64,000 nucleotides of DNA from Lachnospiraceae bacterium (GCA_016281555.1 JAEEIV010000032.1:311-64310); one strand, 5' to 3'. Counted from the stretch's first letter, positions 9,639-19,491 are shown. The notes: a model not told the origin generated them from the sequence alone. Translations and numbers: made by a program.

Positions 9639-10649
9639 ATGAAGAACGTAACGGTCGTTATCCCGAACTGGAACGGGATGCAGTATTTGAAAACCTGTCT
9701 GGATTCCTTAAGGAAGCAGGATACGGATGATTTCGAGACGCTCGTCGTGGACAATCATTCCGAAGACGGTTCCGTGGAATTCATCCGGGCGAATTATCCG
9801 GAAGTCCGCCTCATCGTTCATGAGGAAAACCTCGGATTCACCGGCGGCGTCAATGCAGGCATTGAAGCATCGGAGAGTCCGTTCGTCCTGCTGCTCAATA
9901 ACGACACGGAGTGCGATCCGTGCTTCGTCCGCGCTTTGTTCACGGCCGTTTCGAAAGACCCGCGGATCTTTTCCGTTTCTTCCCGGATGATCCGTTTCCG
10001 GGAACGGGATTTGTTAGATGATGCCGGCGATCTGTTCACGGTGCTCGGTTATCAGGCGCAGCGCGGGACCGGACAGTCCGTCCGGGATCCGAAGTATCTG
10101 AAGCCGAAAACGGTTTTCTCTTCCTGCGCGGGCGCGGCGATCTACCGGAAGTCCGTCTTTGAGGAAATGGGCGCGTTTGATCCGGATCATTTCGCGTATC
10201 TCGAGGACGTGGACGTCGGCTACCGGGCCATGATCTACGGCTACCGGAACGTTTACGAGCCTTCGGCCGTGGTCTACCACGTCGGAAGCGGTGCTTCGGG
10301 CGCGGTCCAGTACAGCGAATTCAAGGTACGCCTTTCCGCAAGGAACAGCCGGTATCTGCTCTACAAGAACATGCCGGGCTTTTTCCGGGGGCTGAACGCA
10401 TTGCCGCTCGCGCTCGGACGGTTCGTAAAGCGGCGCTTCTTCCGGAAACTCGGGTTCGAAGATGCCTACAGGGCGGGAGAGCTTGAAGCGAAGGAAAACC
10501 GGAATAATCTGAAGATCGTGCCGCTCACTTTCCGGAGGTTTTTCAGACACTTCGGGATCGAAGGCCGGGAGATCGCCTACACCTTCACGTACGTTTTCGA
10601 ATATCTGAAGAGACGGAAACTGAAAAAGGGCACGGCGGACGGGACTTGA
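9639..10649 (+). CDS. Family 2 glycosyltransferase
   Basis: VTVVIPNWNG..LVVDNHSEDGS..LLLNNDT, plus the later YLEDVD motif, is typical of GT2 (rhamnosyltransferase-type) enzymes. Confidence 0.85.
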   Translation: MKNVTVVIPNWNGMQYLKTCLDSLRKQDTDDFETLVVDNHSEDGSVEFIRANYPEVRLIVHEENLGFTGGVNAGIEASESPFVLLLNNDTECDPCFVRALFTAVSKDPRIFSVSSRMIRFRERDLLDDAGDLFTVLGYQAQRGTGQSVRDPKYLKPKTVFSSCAGAAIYRKSVFEEMGAFDPDHFAYLEDVDVGYRAMIYGYRNVYEPSAVVYHVGSGASGAVQYSEFKVRLSARNSRYLLYKNMPGFFRGLNALPLALGRFVKRRFFRKLGFEDAYRAGELEAKENRNNLKIVPLTFRRFFRHFGIEGREIAYTFTYVFEYLKRRKLKKGTADGT

Positions 10650-10734
10650 TAGATTCCGGAAAAAGCGGTATAATCCTTTCCGTTTGTTCGGAAATGGAAG
10701 AGAAATATTTGTAAGAGACGACAGGGTACGGAAG

Positions 10735-10923
10735 ATGAACACGGGAGAGATCTTATTATCCATACTGTACACGGCGCTTCCCGTAGCGGGCGCATTGGCG
10801 CTCCTTCTGATCTGGGCCGCCGTACGGCACAAGGCTTGGGCGAAGGAACGGGCGGAAAAGGAAGCGGAAAAGGCCGCAAAGAAAGAAGCCGAAGAGCAGG
10901 CTTTACGGCAGCAGGAAGCGTAA
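10735..10923 (+). CDS. Possible small single-pass membrane protein with a Lys/Glu/Ala-rich tail
   Basis: The internal ATG at 10735 gives MNTGEILLSILYTALPVAGALALLLIWAAV followed by KERAEKEAEKAAKKEAEEQALRQQEA. The SD is weak (GGAAG). No family recognised. Confidence 0.35.
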   Translation: MNTGEILLSILYTALPVAGALALLLIWAAVRHKAWAKERAEKEAEKAAKKEAEEQALRQQEA

Positions 10924-10938
10924 CGGAGGCAGTTTGCC

Positions 10939-12366
10939 ATGATCAAGGATAACCAGCACAAATTTAACAGACTGAGGGCCTTTCTGGACCTTCTGGTGCT
11001 GGTGCTCGCCTATTTTCTGACGTTCTGGCTTTTCTTCTACGTCTTTCCGTCGGACAGCGTTTTCGGCGGTTCTTTCAGCCCGAACGTGACGGCGCACGAT
11101 TACCGGCTCGCGGTGCTTTACATCGCGCCGCTGCATCTTGTTATGTACATCCTGTTCCGTCTGTACCGTCCGATGAGGGTGACGGGACGGCGGATCGAGG
11201 CGCTGAAGATCTTCATTGCCAATCTGCTCAGCATCATGATCGTCGTCGTGGTGTTCTGGCTGTTCGTCCGGGAGTATTCGACTCACTTCTCTCGTATGTT
11301 CCTGTTCGAGTTCGGTGCGGTGAATACCTTCCTCATCGTGCTGGCACGGAACCTCGTCCGCCTTGCGGTCGTGAAACTCCGGAAAAAGGGCTTCAATTCG
11401 AAGAAGATCCTGGTCGTCGGCTATTCCGACGGCTGCATGGGCTTTTTGAAGCGCGTGAAGGAAAACGCGCGCTGGGGATATAAGGTGGTCGGCGTTCTGG
11501 ACGACCGGGCGGAAATCGGAACGGAGTATTTCGGCTTCCCCGTCATCGGCAGGATCTCCGACCTCAAGGCGGTGCTGGAGAAGAACGAGGTCGAGGAAGT
11601 ATTCGTCACGTTAAAACTGCGGGACTACACGAAACTGGAAGAAGTGGTGCAGGCGTGCGAAAAAGCAGGCGTCATGACGAAGTTCGTGCCGGATTACGGA
11701 AACCTGATGTCGAACCGGCCGTATACCGAGGATCTTCTCGGTCTTCCCGTCATTTACGTCCGGCAGGTGCCGCTGAACGATATGGTCAATGCGTTCATCA
11801 AACGCGCCATGGACGTCTTCGGTTCCCTCTTTGCATTGGCGCTGTTCGCACCGGTCATGCTCGTCGTGGCATTGCTCATCAAACTGACGTCGAAAGGCCC
11901 CGTGATCTTCAAACAGGAGCGCGTCGGTCTCCATAATAAGAACTTCATGATGTACAAGTTCCGTTCCATGGTGGTGCAGAGCGAAGAGGACGAGAAGAAG
12001 GAATGGACGACGAAGAACGATTCCCGGGTGACGGGGATCGGAAAGTTCATCCGGAAGACGAGCATCGACGAACTGCCGCAGCTCTTCAACGTGCTGTCCG
12101 GAAAGATGAGCCTCATCGGGCCGAGACCGGAACGGCCGCAGTTCGTGGAAAAGTTTAAGGAAGAGATCCCGCGCTACATGGTGAAGCATCAGGTGCGGCC
12201 GGGACTCACCGGCTGGGCGCAGGTCAACGGTCTTCGGGGAGATACCTCGATCGAAGAGCGGATCCGCTGCGACATCTATTATATCGAAAACTGGTCCCTT
12301 GGTTTGGATCTCAAGATCCTGTTCCTGACGTTTTTCAAGGGATTCGTGAATAAAAACGCGTATTGA
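10939..12366 (+). CDS. Polyprenyl-phosphate glycosyl-1-phosphate transferase (bacterial sugar transferase, WcaJ/EpsL-type priming enzyme)
   Basis: N-terminal TM region plus the C-terminal catalytic block FKQERVGLHNKNFMMYKFRSM..DELPQLFNVLSGKMSLIGPRPERP. RBS ACGGAGG. Confidence 0.9.
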   Translation: MIKDNQHKFNRLRAFLDLLVLVLAYFLTFWLFFYVFPSDSVFGGSFSPNVTAHDYRLAVLYIAPLHLVMYILFRLYRPMRVTGRRIEALKIFIANLLSIMIVVVVFWLFVREYSTHFSRMFLFEFGAVNTFLIVLARNLVRLAVVKLRKKGFNSKKILVVGYSDGCMGFLKRVKENARWGYKVVGVLDDRAEIGTEYFGFPVIGRISDLKAVLEKNEVEEVFVTLKLRDYTKLEEVVQACEKAGVMTKFVPDYGNLMSNRPYTEDLLGLPVIYVRQVPLNDMVNAFIKRAMDVFGSLFALALFAPVMLVVALLIKLTSKGPVIFKQERVGLHNKNFMMYKFRSMVVQSEEDEKKEWTTKNDSRVTGIGKFIRKTSIDELPQLFNVLSGKMSLIGPRPERPQFVEKFKEEIPRYMVKHQVRPGLTGWAQVNGLRGDTSIEERIRCDIYYIENWSLGLDLKILFLTFFKGFVNKNAY

Positions 12367-12380
12367 CGGGAGAAACGTTC

Positions 12381-13529
12381 ATGGCAGAAATGAAAGCGAA
12401 AAAAATCGATGAATCCGCCGTCAAGCGGAGACGAAGGATCGTGCTCGTCGTGCTGGCGGAAGTGATCCTTTGCCTTTCGCTCGGCATCGTCGCTTACGGG
12501 GCATTCGTGCTTCAATCCTATAAGACCGAGGAACTGGATGACAATTTCTTCGTGGAAACGGGCGTGCAGACCAGGATCGAAACGCGCGTCGTAACGGACG
12601 CGGCCGGAAAGACATACGTGCAGCCCACCGAGATCCCGATCATGTCCAACATGGCGGGATACCGGAACATCCTCGTGCTCGGCGTGGACGAGCAGGGGTA
12701 CAACACCGACGTCATCATCATCGTCAGCATTAACAACGACACCGGCGAGATCCGCATGGTTTCGGTGCTCCGCGACACGCTCATGAAGTTCGAGGAAGGA
12801 TCGAAACCGACGGCATACGGCAAGGCGAACGCGCAGTACTCCAGCAGCATTTCCGACGCGGTCTCCATGTTCAACCGGAACTTCGGTCTGAACATCCGGG
12901 AATACGTGGTCATGAACTGGTTCGGCGTCGCCACCTGCGTGAACCAGCTCGGCGGCATCGAACTGGAATTGCCGAACAATAAACTCTTCATCAGTGAGTT
13001 CAATGGCTATCTGACGGCCGTCAATGAAAACACGGGACTGTTCGCGCCGCAGATCTGGGAGCCGGGCGTTCATACCATGTACGGCACGCACGTGGTCGCC
13101 TACTGCCGGATCCGTCACGTCGGCGCAGACTGGGGACGGGCGGAGAATCAGCGGACCGCGATCACGAAAATGCTGGAAAAAGCAAAACTTTACGCAAAGA
13201 GCGGCGATTTCGGAACGTTGATCCGGGTGGCTCAGACCGGGCTCGGAAACGTGACGACGAACATGAAGCTTCCGGACATCCTGTATCTCGCCATGAACAT
13301 CACGAAATACTCCGTGACCGAAACGAAGCAGTTCCCGGAGAATCTGGCGACCTCCGGCGTCGGAAACGTCGCGTCGAAATACAATTGCCCGGACGTGCTC
13401 ATGGCGTCGAATTTCGCGGATGAAGTCAAGAAGATGCACGCGTTCCTCTTCAACGAGACCGATTACGTGCCGAGTTCCTTCATTCAGTCGATCTCGGACC
13501 AGATGGCGAGAGACCGCGCCGGAAACTAA
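12381..13529 (+). CDS. LytR-CpsA-Psr (LCP) family glycopolymer-to-peptidoglycan ligase
   Basis: TM anchor followed by NILVLGVDEQGYNTDVIIIVSINNDTGEIRMVSVLRDT, the LCP core motif. The ATG at 12381 has a GGGAG RBS; the track ORF start at 12363 is a TTG overlapping the upstream stop. Confidence 0.88.
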   Translation: MAEMKAKKIDESAVKRRRRIVLVVLAEVILCLSLGIVAYGAFVLQSYKTEELDDNFFVETGVQTRIETRVVTDAAGKTYVQPTEIPIMSNMAGYRNILVLGVDEQGYNTDVIIIVSINNDTGEIRMVSVLRDTLMKFEEGSKPTAYGKANAQYSSSISDAVSMFNRNFGLNIREYVVMNWFGVATCVNQLGGIELELPNNKLFISEFNGYLTAVNENTGLFAPQIWEPGVHTMYGTHVVAYCRIRHVGADWGRAENQRTAITKMLEKAKLYAKSGDFGTLIRVAQTGLGNVTTNMKLPDILYLAMNITKYSVTETKQFPENLATSGVGNVASKYNCPDVLMASNFADEVKKMHAFLFNETDYVPSSFIQSISDQMARDRAGN

Positions 13530-13669
13530 AAAAGACTTATCTTTTTCAACGATTCGTCACATTTTTTTCACAATCGATGAGTATAATGGCCCTGTCAAAA
13601 TCCGAAAAGGACATTGAAAGGGCCTTTTCATTATCGTGAAAGGCGGCATATGCCGTACGAGGAGGAAAA

Positions 13670-15073
13670 ATGGATTCGTATAATTATGACGTAAACGGAA
13701 ATAATATGAGCGATCCGGGAAACGGAAACAAAAAGCAGGGCGGCGGGAAAGCGCTGATCATCGTCTTGGCGGCGGTGCTGTCCGTTCTCGTCATTGCGAG
13801 CGGCGCGCTGCTCGTGCATGAGATCGTTTCCGGCGGAAACGGCAGTCGCTTCTTCGGTGACAGTTCCGATCCCGCGACGAGGGTGACGCTGGCCGAGAAC
13901 GAGCATTCCGGTGATTCCAAAGCTACTCTGACGGATGAGACGGAATCCAAGGGCAGTTCCGATACGGTCTATAACGACAGCAATGAAGTCAAGCGGACGG
14001 AGACCCGAGCGAAAGCGTACGTGATCGACGTGACAGAAGTCGTAGAGAACGTATTGCCGTCCGTCGTGTCCATCGTGGATGAACTGGAAGTCACGCAGAC
14101 GTACAACCCGTTCAATTTCTTTTTCGACGGCGACAGTTCCGGCTCCTCGCAGATCGCCAATGCGTCAGGCTCCGGCGTGATCATCGGCGTGAACGGGAAC
14201 GAACTGCTCATCGTGACGAATAATCACGTGGTGAGCAACGAAAGCAGTTCTTATTATTCGGTCACCCATTCCAACGGACTGACCGTGACTTTCGCGGACG
14301 GAGAGTCGGCGAAAGCCACGATCCGCGGCACGGATCCGTATTCGGATCTTGCGGTCATCACCGTGGATCTTTCGGAACTTTCTTCCTCCACCAAGGACTC
14401 GATCCGCATCGCCGTCCTCGGCTCCTCGGATGACGCGAAGATCGGCTCGGGCGTCATCGTCATCGGAAATGCCGGAGGATACGGACAGTCCGTGACGAGC
14501 GGCATCATCAGCGCGAAGGACCGGGAAGTGACCATTGACAACGTTACCCGGAAACTGATCCAGACCGATGCGGCGATCAATCCCGGAAACTCCGGCGGCG
14601 GCATGTTCAATGCGGCGGGCGAACTCATCGGCATCAACTGCGCGAAGACCGTCAGCACGGACATTGAGGGCATGTGTTTCGCGATCCCGATCACTTCCGT
14701 GAAGAGCATCATTGAAAACCTGATGAACAAAGAGCCGGTCGAGGAAGGTGAGGAAGGGTACCTCGGCGTCATGGCCGATGAAGTCCCGAACGATTTCGTG
14801 ACGAATTACGGGTATCCCGCAGGCGTTTCGATCTCCCAGATCATGGACGGTTCTCCTGTGATCGACGCAGGACTGCAGATCCGCGACATCATTACCGCAG
14901 TGAACGGACAGAAGGTGAAGACCAGAGCGGAACTGAAGAGCGCGGTGAACGGCTACAAGGCCGGCACGACCGTGACGCTGACGATCTCCAGAGCGGAGAG
15001 ACGGGGATTCAAGGAGTTCACCGTGGAAGTCACGCTTGTGAAGCAGAGCGATCTGAAGACGGACGGCGAATGA
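13670..15073 (+). CDS. htrA: HtrA/DegP-family serine protease with a PDZ domain, membrane anchored
   Basis: TM anchor, catalytic segments TNNHV and GNSGGGMFNAAGELIGIN, and a C-terminal PDZ-like region. Strong RBS GAGGAGG. Confidence 0.9.
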   Translation: MDSYNYDVNGNNMSDPGNGNKKQGGGKALIIVLAAVLSVLVIASGALLVHEIVSGGNGSRFFGDSSDPATRVTLAENEHSGDSKATLTDETESKGSSDTVYNDSNEVKRTETRAKAYVIDVTEVVENVLPSVVSIVDELEVTQTYNPFNFFFDGDSSGSSQIANASGSGVIIGVNGNELLIVTNNHVVSNESSSYYSVTHSNGLTVTFADGESAKATIRGTDPYSDLAVITVDLSELSSSTKDSIRIAVLGSSDDAKIGSGVIVIGNAGGYGQSVTSGIISAKDREVTIDNVTRKLIQTDAAINPGNSGGGMFNAAGELIGINCAKTVSTDIEGMCFAIPITSVKSIIENLMNKEPVEEGEEGYLGVMADEVPNDFVTNYGYPAGVSISQIMDGSPVIDAGLQIRDIITAVNGQKVKTRAELKSAVNGYKAGTTVTLTISRAERRGFKEFTVEVTLVKQSDLKTDGE

Positions 15074-15090
15074 TCCTTTGATCAGAGAAT

Positions 15091-15130
15091 AAAAAAAGCG
15101 GGCTCCGGAATGCCGGGGCCCGCTTTTTTT
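15091..15130. terminator. Bidirectional intrinsic terminator between the convergent htrA and udk genes
   Basis: AAAAAAA-GCGGGCTCCGG-AATG-CCGGGGCCCGC-TTTTTTT: a GC-rich stem of about 11 bp with one mismatch, flanked by an A-tract and a T-tract. Confidence 0.85.
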
Positions 15131-15136
15131 CGCGGT

Positions 15137-15757
15137 TCAGTATTTTTGCAGGTGTTCCGCGATGCGGCTCGTCAGCATGTCCATCGCGACGTCGTTCAGA
15201 CCGCCTTCCGGAATGATGACGTCCGCATATTTCCGGGAGGGGGCGACGTAGAGTTCATGCATCGGCCGGACCGTCGACAGGTATTGGTTGATGACGGAAT
15301 CCAGCGTGCGTCCCCGCTCGTTGACGTCGCGGAGGATGCGGCGCAGGATCCGGATGTCGTCCGGCGTGTCGACGAAGATCTTAATGTTCATGATTCTCCG
15401 GAGCGTTTCCTCCGCGAGGATCAGGATCCCGTCGATGATCAGCACCCGGGAGGGCCGGATCGTTTTGGTTTCACTGCTCCGGTTATGGACCGTATAATCG
15501 TAGACCGGGCATTCCACGCTGTTTCCCTGCTTCAGTTCCTCGATGTGACGGACCATAAGTTCCGTCTCGAAGGCTTCCGGACAGTCGTAGTTCACGGCGG
15601 CCCGTTCCTCATAGGTCTTTCCGACCTGAAGACGGTAGTAATCGTCGTGGCGCATGACCGTCACGTCCGGTCCGAACTTCTGCCGGAGGCGGTCCGCAAC
15701 CGTGGTTTTTCCGCTGCCGGACCCGCCGGCAATGCCAATGATCAGCATGGGATTCAT
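15137..15757 (-). CDS. udk: Uridine kinase
   Basis: IIGIAGGSGSGKTT P-loop at the N-terminus. Length (206 aa) and overall sequence are typical of Udk. Confidence 0.9.
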   Translation of the reverse strand: MNPMLIIGIAGGSGSGKTTVADRLRQKFGPDVTVMRHDDYYRLQVGKTYEERAAVNYDCPEAFETELMVRHIEELKQGNSVECPVYDYTVHNRSSETKTIRPSRVLIIDGILILAEETLRRIMNIKIFVDTPDDIRILRRILRDVNERGRTLDSVINQYLSTVRPMHELYVAPSRKYADVIIPEGGLNDVAMDMLTSRIAEHLQKY

Positions 15758-15800
15758 ACATTCCCTCCAAAGCCCTGAAAACGAGCCGTATTTCGATCGG

Positions 15801-17102
15801 TCACCGGATGATTTCGTAGATCAGCGGTTTCTTTACCGGCGGCTCCATGGAGAAGGTGAGTGCACCGAGGAACCGTTTCTCGGCATCCGGGATCTTCGTT
15901 TCGTCGTTCGTGTAAAGGATCGCGACCGTTTCGCCCTGACGCACGAAATCGCCGGTTTTCTTTTCCAGCACGATGCCTGCGCCGTAGTCGATCGCGTCTT
16001 CCTTCGACGCGCGGCCGGCACCGAGGATCATTGCCGCCATACCGATCTCCGAAGCGTTCATCGAGGCAATGCAGCCGTCGGACGGCGCCTGGACCTTATA
16101 TGCGACGGAAGCGCCGGGCAGAAGCGAGAAATCATCGATCGCGCGAAGGTCGCCGCCCTGTTCCGAGATCCATTTCCGGAAGGTTTCATAGGCCCGGCCG
16201 GACTCAATGGCTTCCCGCACGCGGGCTTCCGCCTCTTTCTCCGGGATGCCGTGCAGCATACGGATGAGTTCGGCGGAAAGCGCGACCGAGACTTCCAGAA
16301 GGTCGTTCTTCACTTCACCCCGGAGCACCCTGACCGCTTCGATGACTTCGAGGGAATTGCCGACATTCGTGCCGAGAGGCTCGTCCATGTCAGTCAGCAG
16401 GGCGGCAATGCGTCTCCCGTGCATTTTCCCGATCGTGACCATCTTTTCAGCGAGTTCCTTCGCGCCCTCCAGTGTTTTCATGAAGGCACCGGAGCCGACC
16501 TTGACGTCCAGAACGATGTTCTTGGATCCTGCCGCCAGTTTCTTCCCCATGATGCTGGAAGTGATGAGCGGGATGGAGTCGACGGTCGCGGTGACGTCGC
16601 GGAGCGCATAGAGTTTTTTGTCCGCGGGCGTCAGGTTTCCGCTCTGACCGATGACGGCGACGCCGGTCTTCGTGACGGCCGAGAGAAACTCGTCGGGAGA
16701 GAGCTGGATCCGGTAGCCGGGGATCGACTCGAGCTTGTCGACCGTGCCGCCGGTGTGACCGAGGCCGCGGCCGGACATTTTCGCGAAAAAGCCGCCGAGG
16801 CTTGCCACGGTCGGAGAGACGATGAGAGAAGTCTTGTCGCCGACGCCGCCGGTCGAATGCTTGTCGCAGGAAAGATCGCCGAACAGGCTTAGGTCGACGG
16901 TGTCGCCGGAAGTGGCGATGGCTTCGGTGAGCGTTCCGATCTCACGGTCACTCATGCCGTTGAAGAACACGGCCATGGTGAACGCCGATGCCTGATAATC
17001 AGGAATGGAACCGTTTACGTATCCTTGAATGAAGAAACGGATCTCTTCATCGGTGAGTTCGAGGCCGTCCCGCTTGTGCAGGATCACGTCATACATGCGC
17101 AT
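15801..17102 (-). CDS. pdp: Pyrimidine-nucleoside (thymidine) phosphorylase
   Basis: MRMYDVILHKRDG..LTDEEIRFFIQGYVNGSIPDYQASAFTMAVFFNGM and CDKHSTGGVGDKTSL are Pdp/DeoA signatures. Confidence 0.92.
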   Translation of the reverse strand: MRMYDVILHKRDGLELTDEEIRFFIQGYVNGSIPDYQASAFTMAVFFNGMSDREIGTLTEAIATSGDTVDLSLFGDLSCDKHSTGGVGDKTSLIVSPTVASLGGFFAKMSGRGLGHTGGTVDKLESIPGYRIQLSPDEFLSAVTKTGVAVIGQSGNLTPADKKLYALRDVTATVDSIPLITSSIMGKKLAAGSKNIVLDVKVGSGAFMKTLEGAKELAEKMVTIGKMHGRRIAALLTDMDEPLGTNVGNSLEVIEAVRVLRGEVKNDLLEVSVALSAELIRMLHGIPEKEAEARVREAIESGRAYETFRKWISEQGGDLRAIDDFSLLPGASVAYKVQAPSDGCIASMNASEIGMAAMILGAGRASKEDAIDYGAGIVLEKKTGDFVRQGETVAILYTNDETKIPDAEKRFLGALTFSMEPPVKKPLIYEIIR

Positions 17103-17152
17103 AATGGTTGCTCCTTGAATGCTTCTTTTTCCGGACTGCCGGAAGAAAATGT

Positions 17153-18742
17153 TTACCTGCCGAGATTCTTCGGCGTGAACGATTCGGGCAGCAATGCTCC
17201 GAGGGTGAGTTCCTTGAACTTAAGCGGCGAGGCGCTCTCAATGAGATAGACGGGCATTTCCGGAGAGCAGAATTCCGCCAGCACCTGACGACAGACGCCG
17301 CAGGGCGGGAAGGCGCCTTCGATCTTTCCGTCCGGTCCGCCGGTCACGGCGATCCCTTCAAATTCACGGTTGCCTTCGCTCACGGCCTTGAATACCGCGG
17401 TCCGTTCCGCACAGACGGAAGGAGAGTAGGCAGCGTTCTCGATATTGCAGCCCTGATAGATTTTTCCGTCTTTCGTCAGCAGCGCGGCGCCGACCTTGTA
17501 GCCGGAGTAAGGCACGTACGCGTTCTTCATCGCGTCGATCGCAGAAAGACAAAGCGTTTCGGCATCCGGCTTCGCTTCATTTTCCGCAAAGACCGGCAAT
17601 GCCTCGCCTTCGCAGTCAAACGGTACGCCGAGGTACTCCGTCACGGTTTTTGCGATGACCGAGAAAGGCGTCTTCGTGCCGTGATTTCCCGGGATCACGT
17701 TTTTCCCGTAGATGAGGAACGGAATGTATTCCCTCGTGTGGTCCGTGTGTGAATCTCCGGGATCGCAGCCGTGATCCGCGGTGATCATCAGGACGTCGTC
17801 CTCCCGCATCTTTTCCGTGAAGGAGGGCAGCCAGCCGTCGAATTCCGCGAAGGCCTTCGCATAGCCGTCCACGTCCTGACGGTGGCCGTACTGCGAGTCG
17901 AAATCCACGAGGTTCACGAAACAAAGTCCTTCGAACTCCTTGTCGAGCGCTTCAAGCGTGATCTGAAGTCCTTCGGTGTTCCCGTGTGTGTAAACGTATT
18001 CGGAAATGCCCTGGCCGGCGAAGATGTCATTGATCTTTCCGACCGCGTAGACCGTTTTCCCGGCGTCCTTTATGGCATCCAGCATGGTCTCCTTCGGCGG
18101 TTCCACGGAAAAATCGTGACGGTTCGCAGTCCGCTTGAAATCAGAGCTGTTCGTTCCGACGAAAGGCCGCGCAATGACCCGTCCGACCGCATGTTTTCCG
18201 GTCAGGATCTTTCTCGCGATCCGGCAGTATTCGTAGAGCTGCTCCAACGGAACGACATCTTCGTGCGCCGCGATCTGAAAAACAGAATCTGCGGAAGTGT
18301 AGACGATGAGATCGCCGGTTTTCATGTGTTCCTCGCCGTAATCCTTAATGACTTCGGTGCCGGAGTAGGGTTTGTTGCAGAGTGCCTTCCTGCCGGTCGC
18401 CTGTTCAAAAGCGGAGATCACTTCCTCCGGGAAGCCGTCCGGATAGGTCGGGAGCGGGCTAGGAGAAATGATGCCGGAGATCTCCCAATGACCGATCGTC
18501 GTGTCCTTGCCCATGGATTTCTCCTGAAGACGGGCAAAGGCCCCGAGCGGGCGGTCCACCGGGGTAAGGTATTCCTGACCGTCGATGTTCGCAAGCCCGA
18601 GCGCGCGCATGTTTTCATTCCGGTAGAACGGGCTGCCGGAGATCCGTTTCATCGTATTGCAGTCACGATCGCCGAACAGATGCGCGTCCGGTTCTTCGCC
18701 GATGCCGACCGAGTCGAGCACGATGAGAAAAACTCGTTTCAT
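17153..18742 (-). CDS. deoB: Phosphopentomutase fused to cytidine deaminase (DeoB-Cdd bifunctional protein)
   Basis: Residues 1 to about 390 are DeoB (MKRVFLIVLDSVGIGE..ITADHGCDPG..HTREYIPFL). The last 135 aa (nt 17153-17560) are Cdd (YVPYSGYKVGAALLTKDGKIYQGCNIENAAYSPSVCAERTAVF..PCGVCRQVLAEF). The frame is continuous with no stop. Confidence 0.88.
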   Translation of the reverse strand: MKRVFLIVLDSVGIGEEPDAHLFGDRDCNTMKRISGSPFYRNENMRALGLANIDGQEYLTPVDRPLGAFARLQEKSMGKDTTIGHWEISGIISPSPLPTYPDGFPEEVISAFEQATGRKALCNKPYSGTEVIKDYGEEHMKTGDLIVYTSADSVFQIAAHEDVVPLEQLYEYCRIARKILTGKHAVGRVIARPFVGTNSSDFKRTANRHDFSVEPPKETMLDAIKDAGKTVYAVGKINDIFAGQGISEYVYTHGNTEGLQITLEALDKEFEGLCFVNLVDFDSQYGHRQDVDGYAKAFAEFDGWLPSFTEKMREDDVLMITADHGCDPGDSHTDHTREYIPFLIYGKNVIPGNHGTKTPFSVIAKTVTEYLGVPFDCEGEALPVFAENEAKPDAETLCLSAIDAMKNAYVPYSGYKVGAALLTKDGKIYQGCNIENAAYSPSVCAERTAVFKAVSEGNREFEGIAVTGGPDGKIEGAFPPCGVCRQVLAEFCSPEMPVYLIESASPLKFKELTLGALLPESFTPKNLGR

Positions 18743-19491
18743 TGTTTGTCAAGCTCCTTTGCGGTTCTTAAGGCCAGCTCCATCATTTCGGTGAAGGAAT
18801 TCTGGCGTTCTTCTGCGGTCGTCACCTCGCCGGTCAGGATGTGATCGGAGATCGTGCAGATCGCGAGAGCGTCCTTCTTCGCTTTTGCGGCGTTCATGTA
18901 GAGCGCGGCGGCTTCCATTTCGATCGCCATGACGCCCATGGCCGCCCAGGACGGGGTCGAACGCATTCCTTCCGGCAATGCCGATTCGTCCGAATAGAAA
19001 GTGTCCGAGGAAAGCAGGTTTCCGACGTGATAACGGACGCCCATCCGATCGGCCTGTTCAACGCAGGTGCGGAGCATTTTGTAACTCGCGATCGGCGCGA
19101 AAGTGCCGGGCAGGTGGAACTGGTGCACGAACCGGGAGTTCGTGCAGGCGCCCATGCCGACGACGATGTCGCGGACGTGGATGTCCGGATCGATCGCACC
19201 GGCCGAGCCGATCCGCATGATGTGGTCGACGCCGAAGAAATTGAAGAGTTCGTAGGAATAGATCCCGATGGACGGCATGCCCATGCCGCTGGCCATGACG
19301 GACACTCTGGTGCCCTCGAAGGTTCCCGTGTAGCCCTGGATGCCGCGGACGTTGTTCACGAGGCGCGCGTCCGTCAAAAAGGTTTCGGCAATGAACTTCG
19401 CACGGAGCGGATCGCCGGGCATCAGCACGGTTCTCGCGAAGTCATCCGGCGTCGCGTTGATGTGCGGGGTGGGGTAGTTTTTTTCTGACAT
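18739..19491 (-). CDS. deoD: Purine nucleoside phosphorylase, DeoD type
   Basis: TPHINATPDDFARTVLMPGDPLRAKFIAETFL..GIQGYTGTF..VSVMASGMGMPS are DeoD signatures. The gene overlaps the deoB-cdd start by 4 nt. Confidence 0.92.
   Translation of the reverse strand: MSEKNYPTPHINATPDDFARTVLMPGDPLRAKFIAETFLTDARLVNNVRGIQGYTGTFEGTRVSVMASGMGMPSIGIYSYELFNFFGVDHIMRIGSAGAIDPDIHVRDIVVGMGACTNSRFVHQFHLPGTFAPIASYKMLRTCVEQADRMGVRYHVGNLLSSDTFYSDESALPEGMRSTPSWAAMGVMAIEMEAAALYMNAAKAKKDALAICTISDHILTGEVTTAEERQNSFTEMMELALRTAKELDKQ

Noticed and set aside
15110-16892. Plus-strand ORFs (15110-15778, 15654-16892) antisense to udk and pdp
   Set aside because: They are Arg/Asp/Gly-rich with no motifs, and they overlap strongly supported minus-strand genes.
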